Notes: a model not told the origin generated them from the sequence alone. A stretch of 64,000 bases of DNA from Curvularia clavata (GCA_023920165.1 CP089280.1:1240001-1304000); one strand, 5' to 3'; positions 11,165-23,625 are shown, counted from the first letter of the stretch. Numbers and translations are program-made.

Positions 11165-14100
11165 CTACACCAGTCCAAAGCCCTTCGAACTACGAACAGC
11201 CAACTGCATCTTCCTCTCCATGACCTCTCTATCCTGATAATCTGGCAGATACAACTTCCCAAAGCACGTCGAGCTACTCGGCAGTGCATGCGGCGCACCC
11301 CCTATCTTCGCAAGATGAAATGTGATGCTCTCGTACCCTGTGACGGGCACACGGTCCGACGCTGTGACAAACTCGAGTAAGTGCCGACAATCCTCTTGCG
11401 TATATTGCTCGACAATGGCCCAGAAGGCTTGAATAGTGGGGTGTGTGGCAGTGTAGCCTTCTTCGTATTTTGCGCAACGTTTGAGATCTGCAATGGAGAT
11501 ATGCTGGGTGCCTTCGACCAGGGCGCGGAGGGTTGTGGGTGTGAAGAGTTGCAGGCTTTTGGCGTTGATGCAGGTTAAGAAGCCTTTGAGGAAGGATTCG
11601 AGTTGTGGAGCGATGGAGTCGTGGGTTAATGCGCGGACGTATTCGCGCACGTATTGTTCGCGGTTTGCGTTTGTTACCATATCCGTTTCTTCGTTGAGCG
11701 TCTCATTAGGCTCTTCATCCAAAAATGGGTGCTTGAGATTGTGATCGATTCTCTTGCCAAATACTTCGTAGCTGAAGACGTATTCGCGTAGGAAAATGTC
11801 CTCTACATCGCCATCCTTCCAAGACAGCAATTCCTGGAAGCTTTCTGCCAGGTCTGGCCAACCGTCACGGATGTATTCTATAGAGTCGTAATCTGCGCGA
11901 TGAGTGCAGCGAGGATGTCCGTTGGTTTGGAGATATTCGTAAAAGGCCAATGGGAATGTAACTGGAAGCGTAATGCCGTTGTAGACAGCGAGGCTGAACA
12001 GGATGCCGAGCATCTCAAACTTCCACAGTGGCTCTAGACTCTTGGGCTGGAACCAGGTCATTCTGGTTTGTGGATCAATGGTGAACATTCCTTGTCGCGT
12101 CAGATTGTGTTTTATAGAATAAGGTAAAGATACTTACCATGTTGTGGCTCGAAGGCGTCACTAAGAATCACACGAAAAAACTCGTATGTTATTCCACCAT
12201 GATCCACACCAATTTCTCCCTCACTGTGGCCCATCTTGACCTTGAGCGGCTTCAGTAACATCCTTTTATCTTGACCCCATAGCTGATCCAGTGTGTCTTT
12301 TAATGGGTCTTCTCGGCTGACATCCAAGACAAGGTACTCGCTCAATGTAACTTTCAGTCGACTCTTGATGACCCACCAGTAAGGCTCTCGAAGAAACATT
12401 TTAAGCGAGGCTTGCATCTGCTGAGTGCGCATTGTATGATCGTAGTGCTTCATCATCTCCGAAAAGTTGATTGTGCGAAAGTATGCGACCAGATGGTGGG
12501 AGGAGAACAGGAAAGGATACTGCAGGATGTGGAAAGTATTGGGTTTATTATTCCATGCAATGAACGATGCAGGCTCGTTCACTGCGTTGAGCCGCTCATT
12601 GAAGATTGGCATCTCAAACATGCCGAGACGTAAGTTGAGCGATTGGTACTTGGAGTCTGGAGCTGTTAGCTTGGTTTAGGAGCAATATAGTGCTTGCTTA
12701 CGAAGTTTATCCAGGATGATCACCGCGGTGCCAACACTGGTCCACTTGTTAATTTCGGCTTTGCTGTCCCATTCTTTGATGATGACGGTTCTCAACCACT
12801 CCATAAATGTCGCAGATACCGTCCAGCCTGGGTCTCCGCCAAAGTTTGAGCTAAGATTTGATCTGCGCTTAGCTGTGGATGCAACACGCTCGACTACTTC
12901 TAGGTGTTGTATAATAATGTCTAGTAATGATTGATTAGGAGCTGTAGAGTCCAGATCGCCGCTGTTCAAGCTCCCAAGAATGTGTTCGAAGCAACAGCGT
13001 GTTCCAATGGCGCGGCACAAGCGGCTTGCAAGACGGAATGCGGGTTCATATTCAAGCTCGTCAATGATGTCCATATATGGATCAGTGAGGGCATCGGTAT
13101 TGGGAGTCACGTGAGGTACGATAATACCCCACGATCGTAGTTTTCGTATTTTTGCCCATGTATGTGGCCAACCTACAGGCACTAATGATGTGATAGCGTG
13201 TATGCAGATCATGACAATATGGGCAGCCTCCCGAGTATTGAGGTGGCGTGACGGAGAAGTTCCTTGACTGTCATTTCTTTGGGTTTGTCCCGACGAATGA
13301 TCATAAGAAGCGCCTTTTATCGATGGTCTCAGACGAGGGCTCTTATGGAGAGCGAGCTCAGGAGGCGGGACAAATAAGGCTTCTAACGCGAGCCACAAAC
13401 TATCGAAGATGAGTGCACCGTTCCGGCGGTTCCAGTCCCGAAAAGAGTTCGACAATCTGTGAGAGTCAAGATGCGGGAGCGGCGAGTCTTTGAAAGCCTC
13501 ATTGTTATCATGGAAAGATGATAGTAGCGTATTGGGATCGCTCAGCGTGTAGAATAATGACCGATTGACAATGTGCTTTTCTCGTCGGTTGGGAAGATGA
13601 CGGTCACAGTCGACGACAGATTTGAAGTCCCCAGGCCTATCGCCCCCACAAGGGTGCACCTCCTCTTTGAGCTCATCCAAGGTTTTGCAACTCAAACTAG
13701 ACAAAACAGATACGCCTTCCTCTATTGAACTCCGGCCAGCAGGCTCCTTCTTGGGGCTTGCAGAGGTCTTGGAAACTACCTTGGTGTCCTGAGTGCCATT
13801 TGTGCAAGCTGGCTTCACTCCTCCTATGGTGAAACTCTTTCTACCAGACTTCGAGATTGATAGCATTGTTGGAGGCATTGCCCCATCGGGCGGAACAGAA
13901 TCTGCATCTGTAAAAGATTGGCTTCGTGTTGTGTTGCTAGGAGGATGGTATGGTATCTTGTGAATCTGTTGACCCTTGGGGGTAATTCGAGTCGCTGCAT
14001 TGCCTGATGGTGCATTTTCATGTGCCTTTGGTTTAGCCTGCGAATGTTCACGCATCGTGCGGGACTTTCCATTTACATGTACGGAGGTAGTGTGCTCGTT

Positions 14101-14953
14101 CGAGGGGGACAAGCGGCCTGCAGTGGAACTTTCGCCATGTGCGTCTTTCTGAGAACACTGCGTATCTTGAGGAGAGGCGTCATGAGAAGGGCGTAGAGAA
14201 GCAAGTACAGAGGCGGTATTGGGTATTTGTTTGGTATAGGAATATATCATGGTGAAGCTGTCGTACAAGTTCTGACCAAGAGCCTTTGGGTCCTTCCTAG
14301 CCTGCTGCCGACGCGTGAGTTCACTCACAATGACACCATTCTCCTCTTGCGCCTGGGCATTGCCCTGGTCGGCCCCAACACGTGCATCTCCATGTCGATG
14401 TGCCTGCCGCCCTGTTGGGGAACGTCCGGCAGAGTCCTGATTCGAGCTCTCCGCTGGTTGTGCAGAGACACGACCCAGTTCAAATGAAGATGGCGCGACC
14501 TTGAGCTTATTCGGGCACAAACCTCGGTGCGGGTTATCTTGACTGGCAAGGTAGTGTGCTAGGGCGGTGGCGGTAAGCTGTGTAGGAGGACGGTGGGGCT
14601 TGGAAGCATTGCGCGAATGGGACGAGAGGCAAGTGGGGGTATTGCAGTAGGCACTCTCGCAGCCATGGAGGATCTGGGATAGGTAGCTGTCCTGGTCAGC
14701 GTGTGGTTCCAACGTGTACGAACCGAACGAAATGGACTGACCTGCGCACGAGATGCTGGAACTGGCGCTGGCGTTCCGTTTGCGAGCACTCGAGCACCCG
14801 ACGGGGATCCCGCACCTCTACGACATTGCTGCGCAGTGCACTGTTCAGGGCACGTGACGGTTGCCTTGGCGGCTCCTGTGTCGACGATGTGCTCGAGTGG
14901 GAGGCGGCGGGCGGCGAGTCGCGTGCGTGCTCGGATACTTGTGATGTAGTCAT
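11165..14953 (-). CDS. HECT-domain E3 ubiquitin ligase (Hul4/E6AP-like)
   Basis: Four exons (introns 14741-14687, 12701-12657, 12137-12091). N-terminal GCESAYCNTPTC Zn knuckle, GEIGVDHGGITYEFF, LLEFVTASDRVP, catalytic LPSSSTCF, terminal GFGLV. Confidence 0.9.
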
Positions 14954-15326
14954 GTCATCGGTGGGAGGCCTAGAAGACGGCGGGGTGTCTGGAGAGGATG
15001 GCGTATGCGACTGTCATGACGGGGTCGTACTGGTCGTCGCCATGTCTTCTGATGTATACACGCAGCCCGAGGAGTGCGTACAAGTCGAAGGCGGTAGGGC
15101 TGAGTAGCGGCCGGTGGGTTGGTTGCTCCTGCCATGCGGCTCTCGTCCGCTGCAGGGATGCCATGTGTCCGTGGCTTGGCGCGGCCAGCTGATGTCATGG
15201 CGGTGCACTTCAATATTCGCCGCACGCCCAGTGGTCGCGCCTTTTCCACCAGTTCCGCCGTGATCAAGATCGCCCACTGCATCCGGAGCCTGGCCACCGC
15301 TCCTGGATCTCTGTAATCGCTGCCGC

Positions 15327-15348
15327 CTCATCCGCCCGAAAGAATTTT
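15327..15348 (+). promoter_or_regulatory. Adjacent PAC-like (CTCATC) and RRPE-like (GAAAGAATTTT) motifs upstream of REI1
   Basis: Motif pair 150-175 nt upstream of a ribosome-biogenesis gene; both are imperfect matches. Confidence 0.35.
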
Positions 15349-15500
15349 GCCCCCCGGCCAGTCATAAAGACCCTGAAGTCTGCCCGCGCTAGGGACTCAT
15401 TCCCACAATCAACCCCACCTAATCGCCTTTTATTTCTCCCCCTCGCCTCTCCCCTCCTCTGAGTGCGACTACGCCTATATCCCCGAATACACCAGCAGAC

Positions 15501-17153
15501 ATGGCGTCCCAGGTGCCTACCCAGGCGAATATCCAGTCCACCCACCCCTTCACCTGCAACACATGCCAGGTCGCCTTTCGATCGAGCGAATTGCAGCGGG
15601 CGCACATGCAAACCGACTGGCACCGCTACAACCTCAAGCGCCGCGTTGCCTCGCTCCCTCCTCTGTCCTCCGAAATCTTCACCGAAAAAGTCCTCGCCAA
15701 CAAGGCCACTGCTGCCGCTACTGCCGCCAAGGCTTCGTTTGAAAAGTCGTGCACCGCCTGCCAGAAGACATATTTTAGCGAGAATGCCTACAACAACCAC
15801 CTCAACAGCCAGAAACACCGCTTGAATGTGGCAAAATCAGCCAAGGGTGCGCACCTGGATGACGCAGCGTCTGTTACCGGCTCCATGGTCAGCTCCGCAT
15901 TTTCTCTCGGAGAGTCCATGGCTGAGTCCGAGGCTACGGTCAACGGTGATACAGACAAGGATGTGTCCGACCTGTCCCATGGTATTAAGAAGGCCACCCT
16001 CGATGGCGAGGCAAATGAGTCTGCTGCTGCGCAAGACGACAAGAGCTCAGTCGCGGGCTCAACTAAACCTGCTGGTGATCCTCTGCTCGATTGCTTGTTC
16101 TGTAACTACAAGTCCCCCAGTTTCCAGCTCAACGTTGCGCACATGGGACGTTTCCACGGCATGTTTATCCCTGAAAAGGAATACCTCGCGCAGCCAGAAG
16201 GGCTCATCAAGCACCTCCACGAGAAGGTGCATGTTTACAACGAGTGCTTGAAGTGCCACAAGGTGCTCCACACTGCCTCTGGCATTCAGACACACATGCG
16301 CGACCGTGGTCACTGCATGATTGCTTTCGACACCGATGTAGAGCTTGTTGAGATTGGCGAGTTCTACGACTTCCGAAGTTCGTACCCAGACGCCGCCGAC
16401 TTCAACGAGATGGAAGAGGAGGCCGGAGACTCAGACGACTCATCGTCTACCACAGGAGGAGGAATCAAGCTTGGAGCCAGACGCGAGACCAAGACGACTA
16501 CAGAAGACGACGCGGCCATGTCAAGCAACGAGGATGATGAAGGCTGGGAGACAGACAGCACTGTCTCAAGTGTGCCCACCGACGAAATCACTGCCGTGCC
16601 CATTGACCGCAGTCATCGCCACAAGTCGCTTAGCAAGTCCAAGCACCACAGCCATACTGATCCTCGTCCACACCGCGCAGCAGATGGTTTCCACTCTCAC
16701 GCACACCATACACCCCAGGCAGTCTACTACGACGATTACGAGCTCCACCTCCCATCCGGCCGCACTGCTGGTCACCGATCGCTGAACAAGTACTACCGCC
16801 AGAACCTGCGCAATTACCCCGGCGTCGCCGAGCGCATGGAAGAAGCCCAACGCCGCGCAATCCCCGGCGCCATCACCGCCGGAGAAGACGAAGACGGCGA
16901 CACCGCCATGGATGGAGAAGAGAGACAGATCCAGGTCCGTGGCCGCGGCCACGACATCAAGCGCCAGCTCATCTCATCGCGCAACAACGGCCTCCACGGT
17001 ATGACGGGTGTCACAGATGCCAAGAAGAAGGAGGTCGAGGCTGTCGAGAAGCGCGACCGTCAAAAGGAGCAGCGCGCTCGCAACAGGTACCAGGCTGGTA
17101 ACGAGAGGCGTCACAATTTTCAGAAGCACTTCCGTGATCCTCTCCTGCAATAG
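15501..17153 (+). CDS. REI1: Pre-60S ribosome maturation factor Rei1/Reh1 (ZNF622 family), C2H2 zinc fingers
   Basis: FTCNTCQVAF...QRAHMQTDWHRYNLKRRVASLPP, CLFCN, HGMFIPE, LHLPSGRTAGHRSLNKYYRQNL, terminal HFRDPLLQ. Intronless. Confidence 0.95.
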   Translation: MASQVPTQANIQSTHPFTCNTCQVAFRSSELQRAHMQTDWHRYNLKRRVASLPPLSSEIFTEKVLANKATAAATAAKASFEKSCTACQKTYFSENAYNNHLNSQKHRLNVAKSAKGAHLDDAASVTGSMVSSAFSLGESMAESEATVNGDTDKDVSDLSHGIKKATLDGEANESAAAQDDKSSVAGSTKPAGDPLLDCLFCNYKSPSFQLNVAHMGRFHGMFIPEKEYLAQPEGLIKHLHEKVHVYNECLKCHKVLHTASGIQTHMRDRGHCMIAFDTDVELVEIGEFYDFRSSYPDAADFNEMEEEAGDSDDSSSTTGGGIKLGARRETKTTTEDDAAMSSNEDDEGWETDSTVSSVPTDEITAVPIDRSHRHKSLSKSKHHSHTDPRPHRAADGFHSHAHHTPQAVYYDDYELHLPSGRTAGHRSLNKYYRQNLRNYPGVAERMEEAQRRAIPGAITAGEDEDGDTAMDGEERQIQVRGRGHDIKRQLISSRNNGLHGMTGVTDAKKKEVEAVEKRDRQKEQRARNRYQAGNERRHNFQKHFRDPLLQ

Positions 17154-17808
17154 TTGTATCGTTTGCTTGGGGTCAAGTCGATGTGGTTCGTTTGGGACTT
17201 TTGTTTTCCGAACAAACTATGCTTGCTGTTATGACGTGCTTCTTTTGATCTGGGACTTTCTTGTTGGGGGTCTTTTTTTCCATCGGGTTTTCGGTATTTG
17301 TTAACGACTTCACGAGCATGGTTGGCGTTTGCGTGACGACTTTGTTTTTTTTTCGACGGTGGATAAAAGTGTGGGGAAGAAGTGAAACTTTTTGTAAGCA
17401 GAGGCCGAAGAGAGAGAGAGAGGCTTTACAAAAGCAGTCTCGCTAAGAATTCTAGAGCATTAAAGCTACTGGTTACATTGGGCTGATATTTAGAATCTTG
17501 AACTGAACTTCTTTTGGATTTACTTTATCATTGTGCAATGTGATGGCTTTTAAAATTACTGTATTGGCACTACTACTTGCTCGATATGACACGAACATGC
17601 CAGAATTATTGATAGATATCTTTTTACAGAATCTTATTTTATCACGCTAATCATAGAGCAGCCAACGTTACACAGTGGTATCTCCTATTACTCATAGTTC
17701 ATGCCAAATGCATATATCCTTATTCTCAACACCCAAAAATGCAATGTGCATGCTTTTCTTCCTCTCTTTCTTCAAACAAGTCATCAACTAACTCAAAATC
17801 CATCATTT

Positions 17809-20800
17809 TCACAACGACTCTTGGTCTTCACTCTCCTTCACACCCCCGGCAAAAACACCTCTGTTTATATCAAACATGGCATCGCTTACTTCCCGCTGCT
17901 CCTCCCTGGTGAACACGAGCTGTGGCGTGCTGAAAATATAGTCCTTGAGGCTCTTGAGCTGGTTGATGATGCTGCGTGGAGTGAGAATCACTCGCTCAGC
18001 AAAAGAGCGCGAGGGTGTTCTGACTTGTAGCGGTTGCGATGACGACGAGGGCCCAGAACGTTGCACTGTCTCTGGTTCGAGTGAAGACTCTTGCTGAGTC
18101 ACAGGTACAGTGGTTCCTGTGGCAGGAGCGTCTAGAGAAGTATCGGTGGGGTTCACAGCGGTAGGTGAAGTCGTGTTGGAGGAGCGTGACCGTGGGCGCG
18201 GCGAGACTTGTACGTGACTTAGACGCTTCGTCTGGCTGGACGGTATCTTCTCCTTGGCTTCACTGACGTCCTGATGGTTGTCTTGCTTCGCGCGCTTGGG
18301 CGCTGGCGTTTCGTCTGCTGCCACATCCTCTGAGTTTTCGACCTGGCTGAGAGTGGAGTGAGATCGGCGAAGATTGAATTTGCGACCGCTTGGAGGAGTT
18401 GCTGCGCTAGGCTCTGGCTTGGCGCTGCTGCCTATTGATTTGCGCTTCTTTCCCCGGGTATTTTTGGGTGTCGGAGAAGCTACAACAATGTTGTCCAGCA
18501 TGTCTTCATCGGGCTGCGCTGACTCCTGGGATTGCACTTCTGTGGGCTGCACTTCTGATCTGGGGGTTTCTGAAGCTTCCGCTCTACCTTTCTTTGCTTT
18601 GTTGTCTTTTTTGCCCGGGGGATGCCTAGGTTTCTTTGTACTGGGAGGTAGAGGGGGAATACCTGCGGAGTGGCGCGTGGAACGGCGAAGCGAGTTGGGT
18701 GTTTCTTGCGAAGACAACGCAGCAAATGAATCATCCACTCTACTTGTACTGCTCGTGCCCGCTTGAGAACTTTTGCGTGAAGTGCGACGCGTGGAAACAC
18801 GAGTAGGCGTCTGTGCGTCTTCCTCCTCGTCGCCACCCCTCATGGACGACTGCTTATGGGAAGCAGCGTCTGAAAAGTTGTTCTGCGATTCCGATGTCGC
18901 TACCTCGGTCTCTTCTGTCGCAATATCGTCATGTGGTTGCATGTCGGCATCGATTTGAGCGTTCAGTTGAAGATCGATGGTTGAGCTGGGCAGCTCCGAC
19001 ATTATACTGTCCGAAGCGAGCTCAGTGTTGATTTGCGGGTTTTCATGATGGGCAACCGCTTCCAACAAGGCCTCCTCGTCAATGGTAGTACCTTCATCGA
19101 AAGACATAGAATGATTGCTTCCAGTTTGTCGATTGCCAAAGCTAGAGCCTACGAGAACGACACTGTCGTTTTCTGCAGGGGCCAACCGCGCGTTTCTCTG
19201 GAAATCAGGTGGCGAAGACGCTGGTTCATCATTTGCAGCGTAGTGAATACTCCTTACAGCAGTGGGCGTGGCTACATCGGTATCTTCGCTCAGAACGTTC
19301 TGGATGCTCTTGCGAGTATGCGGTGTGGGTGAAGATCCAAGGTAGGCGTCCATGGCTCCTATTGATGCGCGGGTTCTAAGTGGAGTGGTCCGAGCAGTGT
19401 GGTCTGGTAAGTCATCAGCAGTCAAGGCATCAGAATCAACCTCCATTGGCGAAGGGGCATCATCCGGTCGAGGTGAGAGTGCACCCATGTTCGCAAATAG
19501 ATTGGTGGAAAGCCTGTGTCTGCTGATCATCTCCCTTTGGCGCTCAGTCAACACTTGAGACTCTTGGTTGAATGGGTTTGAGGGCGATGAAGCGATGGGC
19601 TCGAACTTGATCTGAGAGTCGTCATGCCGTAGGCGGGCTTTGGGTGTGTTCCTTGACGATACCCGCCTTGTTCCTGACACTGCTGGGGATCTTGATGTTG
19701 ACCTTCGTGTTGATTTTGTAATTTTGAACGGCGATTCTTTTACCCGTGGACTCTTGAATGGCTGTTTGACATCACCTGTACTGTCATCAGAATCATAGAA
19801 TGAAGGTGGTTGCTTCTGTTTCACAATTAGTGCGAGTACAATGTTGGGCTTGAGGTATGTGCTTACTGCATCCTCCTTTCGGTCTTGCAGCGAGGGCAAG
19901 GCAATGTCCACGCTGTTGCGCAGACGACGCAGAGCCTGCTCAAGATCGGAAGGATATTGCAAACTATCTTGTTTTCCAAATGTATTGTTCCAGGTCTCTA
20001 TCGAGACGTTGACGATACTTCGACGCCTGCTGACAAAACCCGCAGTGACCAAGGTTTCCAGATGGAGCAAAGTCTGACTGTCCGTCCTCGGTAACCGTTC
20101 AATAGCTTTGCTTACTTCTTGCCACAATTGAACCACGTCACGATGCAAACTTTTCAATGGCTCATCTCTACTCTGCATCTTTTCCTCAGGATCTTCAATC
20201 CAGATTCGAATCAAGTGTTGAGTCTTTCGCAGGTACATGGCGAGATGGGAAGTCGAACAGTGTTGAATCGAAACGGATACAGCAGAGAGGAAGTCTTTCG
20301 TTGACTCCACATCGTCCTTGTCGAGATCCCGATACGCAGCCAACCCAACGGCAGCAACAGCGCTATACAGATGAACATAAGGGTCGAAATCAGTATTGCG
20401 TCCAACGGTCGGATTTGAGGGCCAAAGGCTCTGTCGACCTTGGTCCAGTAGCTTTCTGCTCATCTGTTTTGGGAGGTTGCGAAGCAGTATGCTTGCATAC
20501 GGCCGACAAGTAGCCTGTTCTTCATCAGGTAAGCGTTTGATAACGCACTCGGATACCTTTTCGATAACAGCTAGAATGAGTGCACCCTCTCCAGCCTCTC
20601 GTCTAACTGTGTCGATCAATGTCGACAATACCTCATGACCGTGTGCTGTGCCAATCAATGACTCTGCACCCAGGCCCAGGACCTCCACGACAATCTCATA
20701 CTCCTTCCCAAGGGGACCGGTGACGCGTTCGTTTGATGTAAATGTGGACTTTTGCAATGTTTCGTTCAGCAGCGCAGAAATATGTGTCCAGAAATTTGAG

Positions 20801-23154
20801 GATACCGCCCCCTTCAGTGAGCCACCAACAGTCGCAGCACAGTCTCGGAGAAGCTCCAACTTGCCCAGTCGGCTATTTTGAGCGTTGAAACAGGGCTTGA
20901 CGATCACATCAATGACACGAAGTCGAACATGATCGGCGAGTTTGCCTTCAGATTGCGTTACCACCAGGTCGACCAGATAGAGAAATGGCGATGTCCGTGC
21001 GCTATTAGCTCGCGACCTGTGTGATGGAGTTGAGGCGACCTCGAATTCGTTTTTGTCGTTACGAGTGAGACTCTTGTCGGCAAACTGAAAGGCTCCCATC
21101 TTATCGATGACAGTTTTGATCAAGAAGCAGAACTTATCTGCCCAAAGATCCTCCTTTTTCTGTGGGACTGCCAACTTTGCAGTATGTCTATCCCAGATCC
21201 GGCGCAACAAATTGACAATCTGCGCCATAGCGTCTTTGGTCTCTGTAGAAGCCATGATCTCCTTACTGCTTGCCTCAACCAGTGAGCTGATAAGTGATTG
21301 CCACATGGCTTTGACTGGCTCGTCTTCGGGCTCTTTGGTCTCGGTCAAGAGAGTAGCATCCAACAGAGTTTCAACAAATTGAAGCACTCGGGTAATTGAC
21401 TTCCGAACCCACCTTGGGTCCACTAGAGGCAGCTCTCCGCGCTGAACCATATACTGTGGTCTGAGGTCCAGTGCCCGATGTTCGTCCCACGGTTTTCGAG
21501 AGCCACCCAAGAGAGCAGACACTAATCTGCATGCAGGGAGAGCATGTTGGCCTGGGGCTGAATGGATCAAAGGATTCCAGACGGAGGCTATGAACTCATT
21601 CCAGTATCGATCGAACTGCACAAAGGAATCTGTCGGACGAAAGGCGTAGTATAGCAGTGTAAAGTAGCCGGACGAAATTGGGGCTCGTTCGGGCTTTTTC
21701 GCAGAGGAGCTCCTTTGCAAGGAATGCAACACAATGCTGAGAAACATTTTTGTCCATGCCTCGGTGGTGTGGTATGTTAGATTGACAGAATAAATCATGA
21801 AGCTGAAAGAAATGTTCGAGTAAATCCTGACCTGCTCATTTTCTGAAGAGGCGCAGGATTGAAACACCTCGAGCCATTCCTTCATTCCAGCGAACTTGTC
21901 AGCACTCAGCGAATCTTTCAATAGCCCCGTAATTGCAGCCCAAATCTGCGGAACCAATACAGCGTGATCGCCACCTAGCATTCGTTCCAGCTCTTTTGTA
22001 AAAACGCCCACAATAGTCCCACCATCGTGCTTAGTACGGTTGAGTACAGCTAGTACGGATTTTGCGACGTTCCGGTCATGGCCAATGGATTTTGCGGCCG
22101 ATACAGTAGTGTCAAGAGCACTCTGACTGATATCTTTTTGGGCTGTTACCAAAGCTTTCAGTGTATACGTGAACCATCGCTCAGTGTGTTTGATCATAAC
22201 GTCTGGCCGCTGCTGAATCAATTTTCGATATATGCGGACTCTGTAGGCCTGCACGGCATTCCCCGAGATACGTTCATGGATGGTGTCCAGCGCTTCGAGA
22301 ACCTTTTCCACGCGGCCTACTGTCATGGTCTTTTGTCGGAAGTTTTGCTGCATCAGCACAGCGAGGTGAGTGTTGACGACAGCTTTGGGAACGGTGCTGT
22401 CGCTAGCCATGCGAATGATGCGCTCGATGATGAAAGAGCAAAAGTCTTCGTCCATGGCAGATGTGAGGTCTGGGATGCGGAACAGAGCCATGAGCAACTT
22501 CATCGCTTGCCCAATGAGCTGCGAGTCCAGACCTGTGCCAGTTGGACTAGGAGCCTGAGCATCGCGGCGTATGAATTGTGTCAACAGAGACATCTTTTGC
22601 TTCAAGGCATAGTCATCTGGGATCTTGTCGTATGCCTGCATGGTTCTGTGCAACGAATGATATGCATCCAGCCGCGACGACCGCTCCGACGAAGCAAGGA
22701 GCTTCACTATTGACTCTAACATTTCAGCGAACGATTTAAACTTGTGTGCTGCGGCAGCGTCGTCGGCAGGTGGTGGTGTAGCGGTGCCGTCGGAAGGCTT
22801 GAGGATTGACTTGAGGGGCCTGGTGAGGCGGGTCTGAGGCAGTGGGCGGAGCGGCGAGCTACGTGTGGGTGTCCAGGAATGTGCAATGGCTTTGTTGGCT
22901 GCGGTGCCGCATGTCTGCAGTTCGAAATTGACTCTCTTTCTTGTGCTCGCTGGAGTCGAAGGGATGTCAATGTCCGACGAAGGCGATGGCTCTGGTGTGT
23001 TTGGCACCTTGGCCGCTTTGAGCCTGGGCGCAATAGGCTTCTCTCCAAACGGATCTTCGAGGAACTGCAGTGTCTCGTCGGGGCCAGTGTCTTCCTGGTC
23101 CTTGGGTGGTGTTGGTGGGCGAACGGAGAGGGCATCGAGTTTGGACAAGCCCAT
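17809..23154 (-). CDS. RIF1: Rap1-interacting factor 1 (replication timing/telomere regulator)
   Basis: N-terminal PP1-docking RKRVNF and KSILK motifs, helical Rif1_N-like region, long disordered S/T-P tail. In-frame 51-nt intron 19866-19816. ATG at 23154. Confidence 0.9.
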   Translation of the reverse strand: MGLSKLDALSVRPPTPPKDQEDTGPDETLQFLEDPFGEKPIAPRLKAAKVPNTPEPSPSSDIDIPSTPASTRKRVNFELQTCGTAANKAIAHSWTPTRSSPLRPLPQTRLTRPLKSILKPSDGTATPPPADDAAAAHKFKSFAEMLESIVKLLASSERSSRLDAYHSLHRTMQAYDKIPDDYALKQKMSLLTQFIRRDAQAPSPTGTGLDSQLIGQAMKLLMALFRIPDLTSAMDEDFCSFIIERIIRMASDSTVPKAVVNTHLAVLMQQNFRQKTMTVGRVEKVLEALDTIHERISGNAVQAYRVRIYRKLIQQRPDVMIKHTERWFTYTLKALVTAQKDISQSALDTTVSAAKSIGHDRNVAKSVLAVLNRTKHDGGTIVGVFTKELERMLGGDHAVLVPQIWAAITGLLKDSLSADKFAGMKEWLEVFQSCASSENEQVRIYSNISFSFMIYSVNLTYHTTEAWTKMFLSIVLHSLQRSSSAKKPERAPISSGYFTLLYYAFRPTDSFVQFDRYWNEFIASVWNPLIHSAPGQHALPACRLVSALLGGSRKPWDEHRALDLRPQYMVQRGELPLVDPRWVRKSITRVLQFVETLLDATLLTETKEPEDEPVKAMWQSLISSLVEASSKEIMASTETKDAMAQIVNLLRRIWDRHTAKLAVPQKKEDLWADKFCFLIKTVIDKMGAFQFADKSLTRNDKNEFEVASTPSHRSRANSARTSPFLYLVDLVVTQSEGKLADHVRLRVIDVIVKPCFNAQNSRLGKLELLRDCAATVGGSLKGAVSSNFWTHISALLNETLQKSTFTSNERVTGPLGKEYEIVVEVLGLGAESLIGTAHGHEVLSTLIDTVRREAGEGALILAVIEKVSECVIKRLPDEEQATCRPYASILLRNLPKQMSRKLLDQGRQSLWPSNPTVGRNTDFDPYVHLYSAVAAVGLAAYRDLDKDDVESTKDFLSAVSVSIQHCSTSHLAMYLRKTQHLIRIWIEDPEEKMQSRDEPLKSLHRDVVQLWQEVSKAIERLPRTDSQTLLHLETLVTAGFVSRRRSIVNVSIETWNNTFGKQDSLQYPSDLEQALRRLRNSVDIALPSLQDRKEDAVSTYLKPNIVLALIVKQKQPPSFYDSDDSTGDVKQPFKSPRVKESPFKITKSTRRSTSRSPAVSGTRRVSSRNTPKARLRHDDSQIKFEPIASSPSNPFNQESQVLTERQREMISRHRLSTNLFANMGALSPRPDDAPSPMEVDSDALTADDLPDHTARTTPLRTRASIGAMDAYLGSSPTPHTRKSIQNVLSEDTDVATPTAVRSIHYAANDEPASSPPDFQRNARLAPAENDSVVLVGSSFGNRQTGSNHSMSFDEGTTIDEEALLEAVAHHENPQINTELASDSIMSELPSSTIDLQLNAQIDADMQPHDDIATEETEVATSESQNNFSDAASHKQSSMRGGDEEEDAQTPTRVSTRRTSRKSSQAGTSSTSRVDDSFAALSSQETPNSLRRSTRHSAGIPPLPPSTKKPRHPPGKKDNKAKKGRAEASETPRSEVQPTEVQSQESAQPDEDMLDNIVVASPTPKNTRGKKRKSIGSSAKPEPSAATPPSGRKFNLRRSHSTLSQVENSEDVAADETPAPKRAKQDNHQDVSEAKEKIPSSQTKRLSHVQVSPRPRSRSSNTTSPTAVNPTDTSLDAPATGTTVPVTQQESSLEPETVQRSGPSSSSQPLQVRTPSRSFAERVILTPRSIINQLKSLKDYIFSTPQLVFTREEQREVSDAMFDINRGVFAGGVKESEDQESL

Positions 23155-23320
23155 GGTTATGCTGGAATCGACAGGCAACAGAGACGGAGCAAACAAAGAA
23201 AAACAAAAGGTACCGTTCACATGGTCCTCGCCGTGTGCACGATGAAAGGTCCAGAATAAGAGCGCGTGTAGAGGAGTGATCAACTACCCCGGTCTTGAGA
23301 TGCAAAGGTTGGTGTTGGCG

Positions 23321-23326
23321 ACGCGT
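23321..23326. promoter_or_regulatory. MCB box (ACGCGT) in the RIF1/RIC8 divergent promoter
   Basis: Exact ACGCGT, with further CGCG cores near 23263, 23336 and 23342, upstream of a replication gene. Confidence 0.55.
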
Positions 23327-23625
23327 TTAGCGGGACGCGCCCGCGTAAAGTGCTAACCAGGCCAACCGCCGTCCATTCACCGGGAGACGGGCCCTCGAGC
23401 CAACAGCCGCCCCCGGCCACATAGCCCACCCACACTCACACGTGAGCGCAATGGCACTGTCTGGACACGCTCAAGTCGGCCGGCGCTTGGTTGTGCCTAG
23501 TTTAGGTCATCTAGGCCCCGTAGTAAAGTAGTCGCATCAATTGTCCCTGGCGGGGTTTCCCGAGCTTGAGCTTCATGCCACTCGACCGTCCCACTCCTCC
23601 AAACTCAACCCGCGCCTCGGCCGCC

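Noticed and set aside
23155..23283. 43-codon N-terminal extension of RIF1 in the ORF track
   Set aside because: Starts at a non-ATG codon; ATG 23154 is in good context and precedes the conserved motifs.
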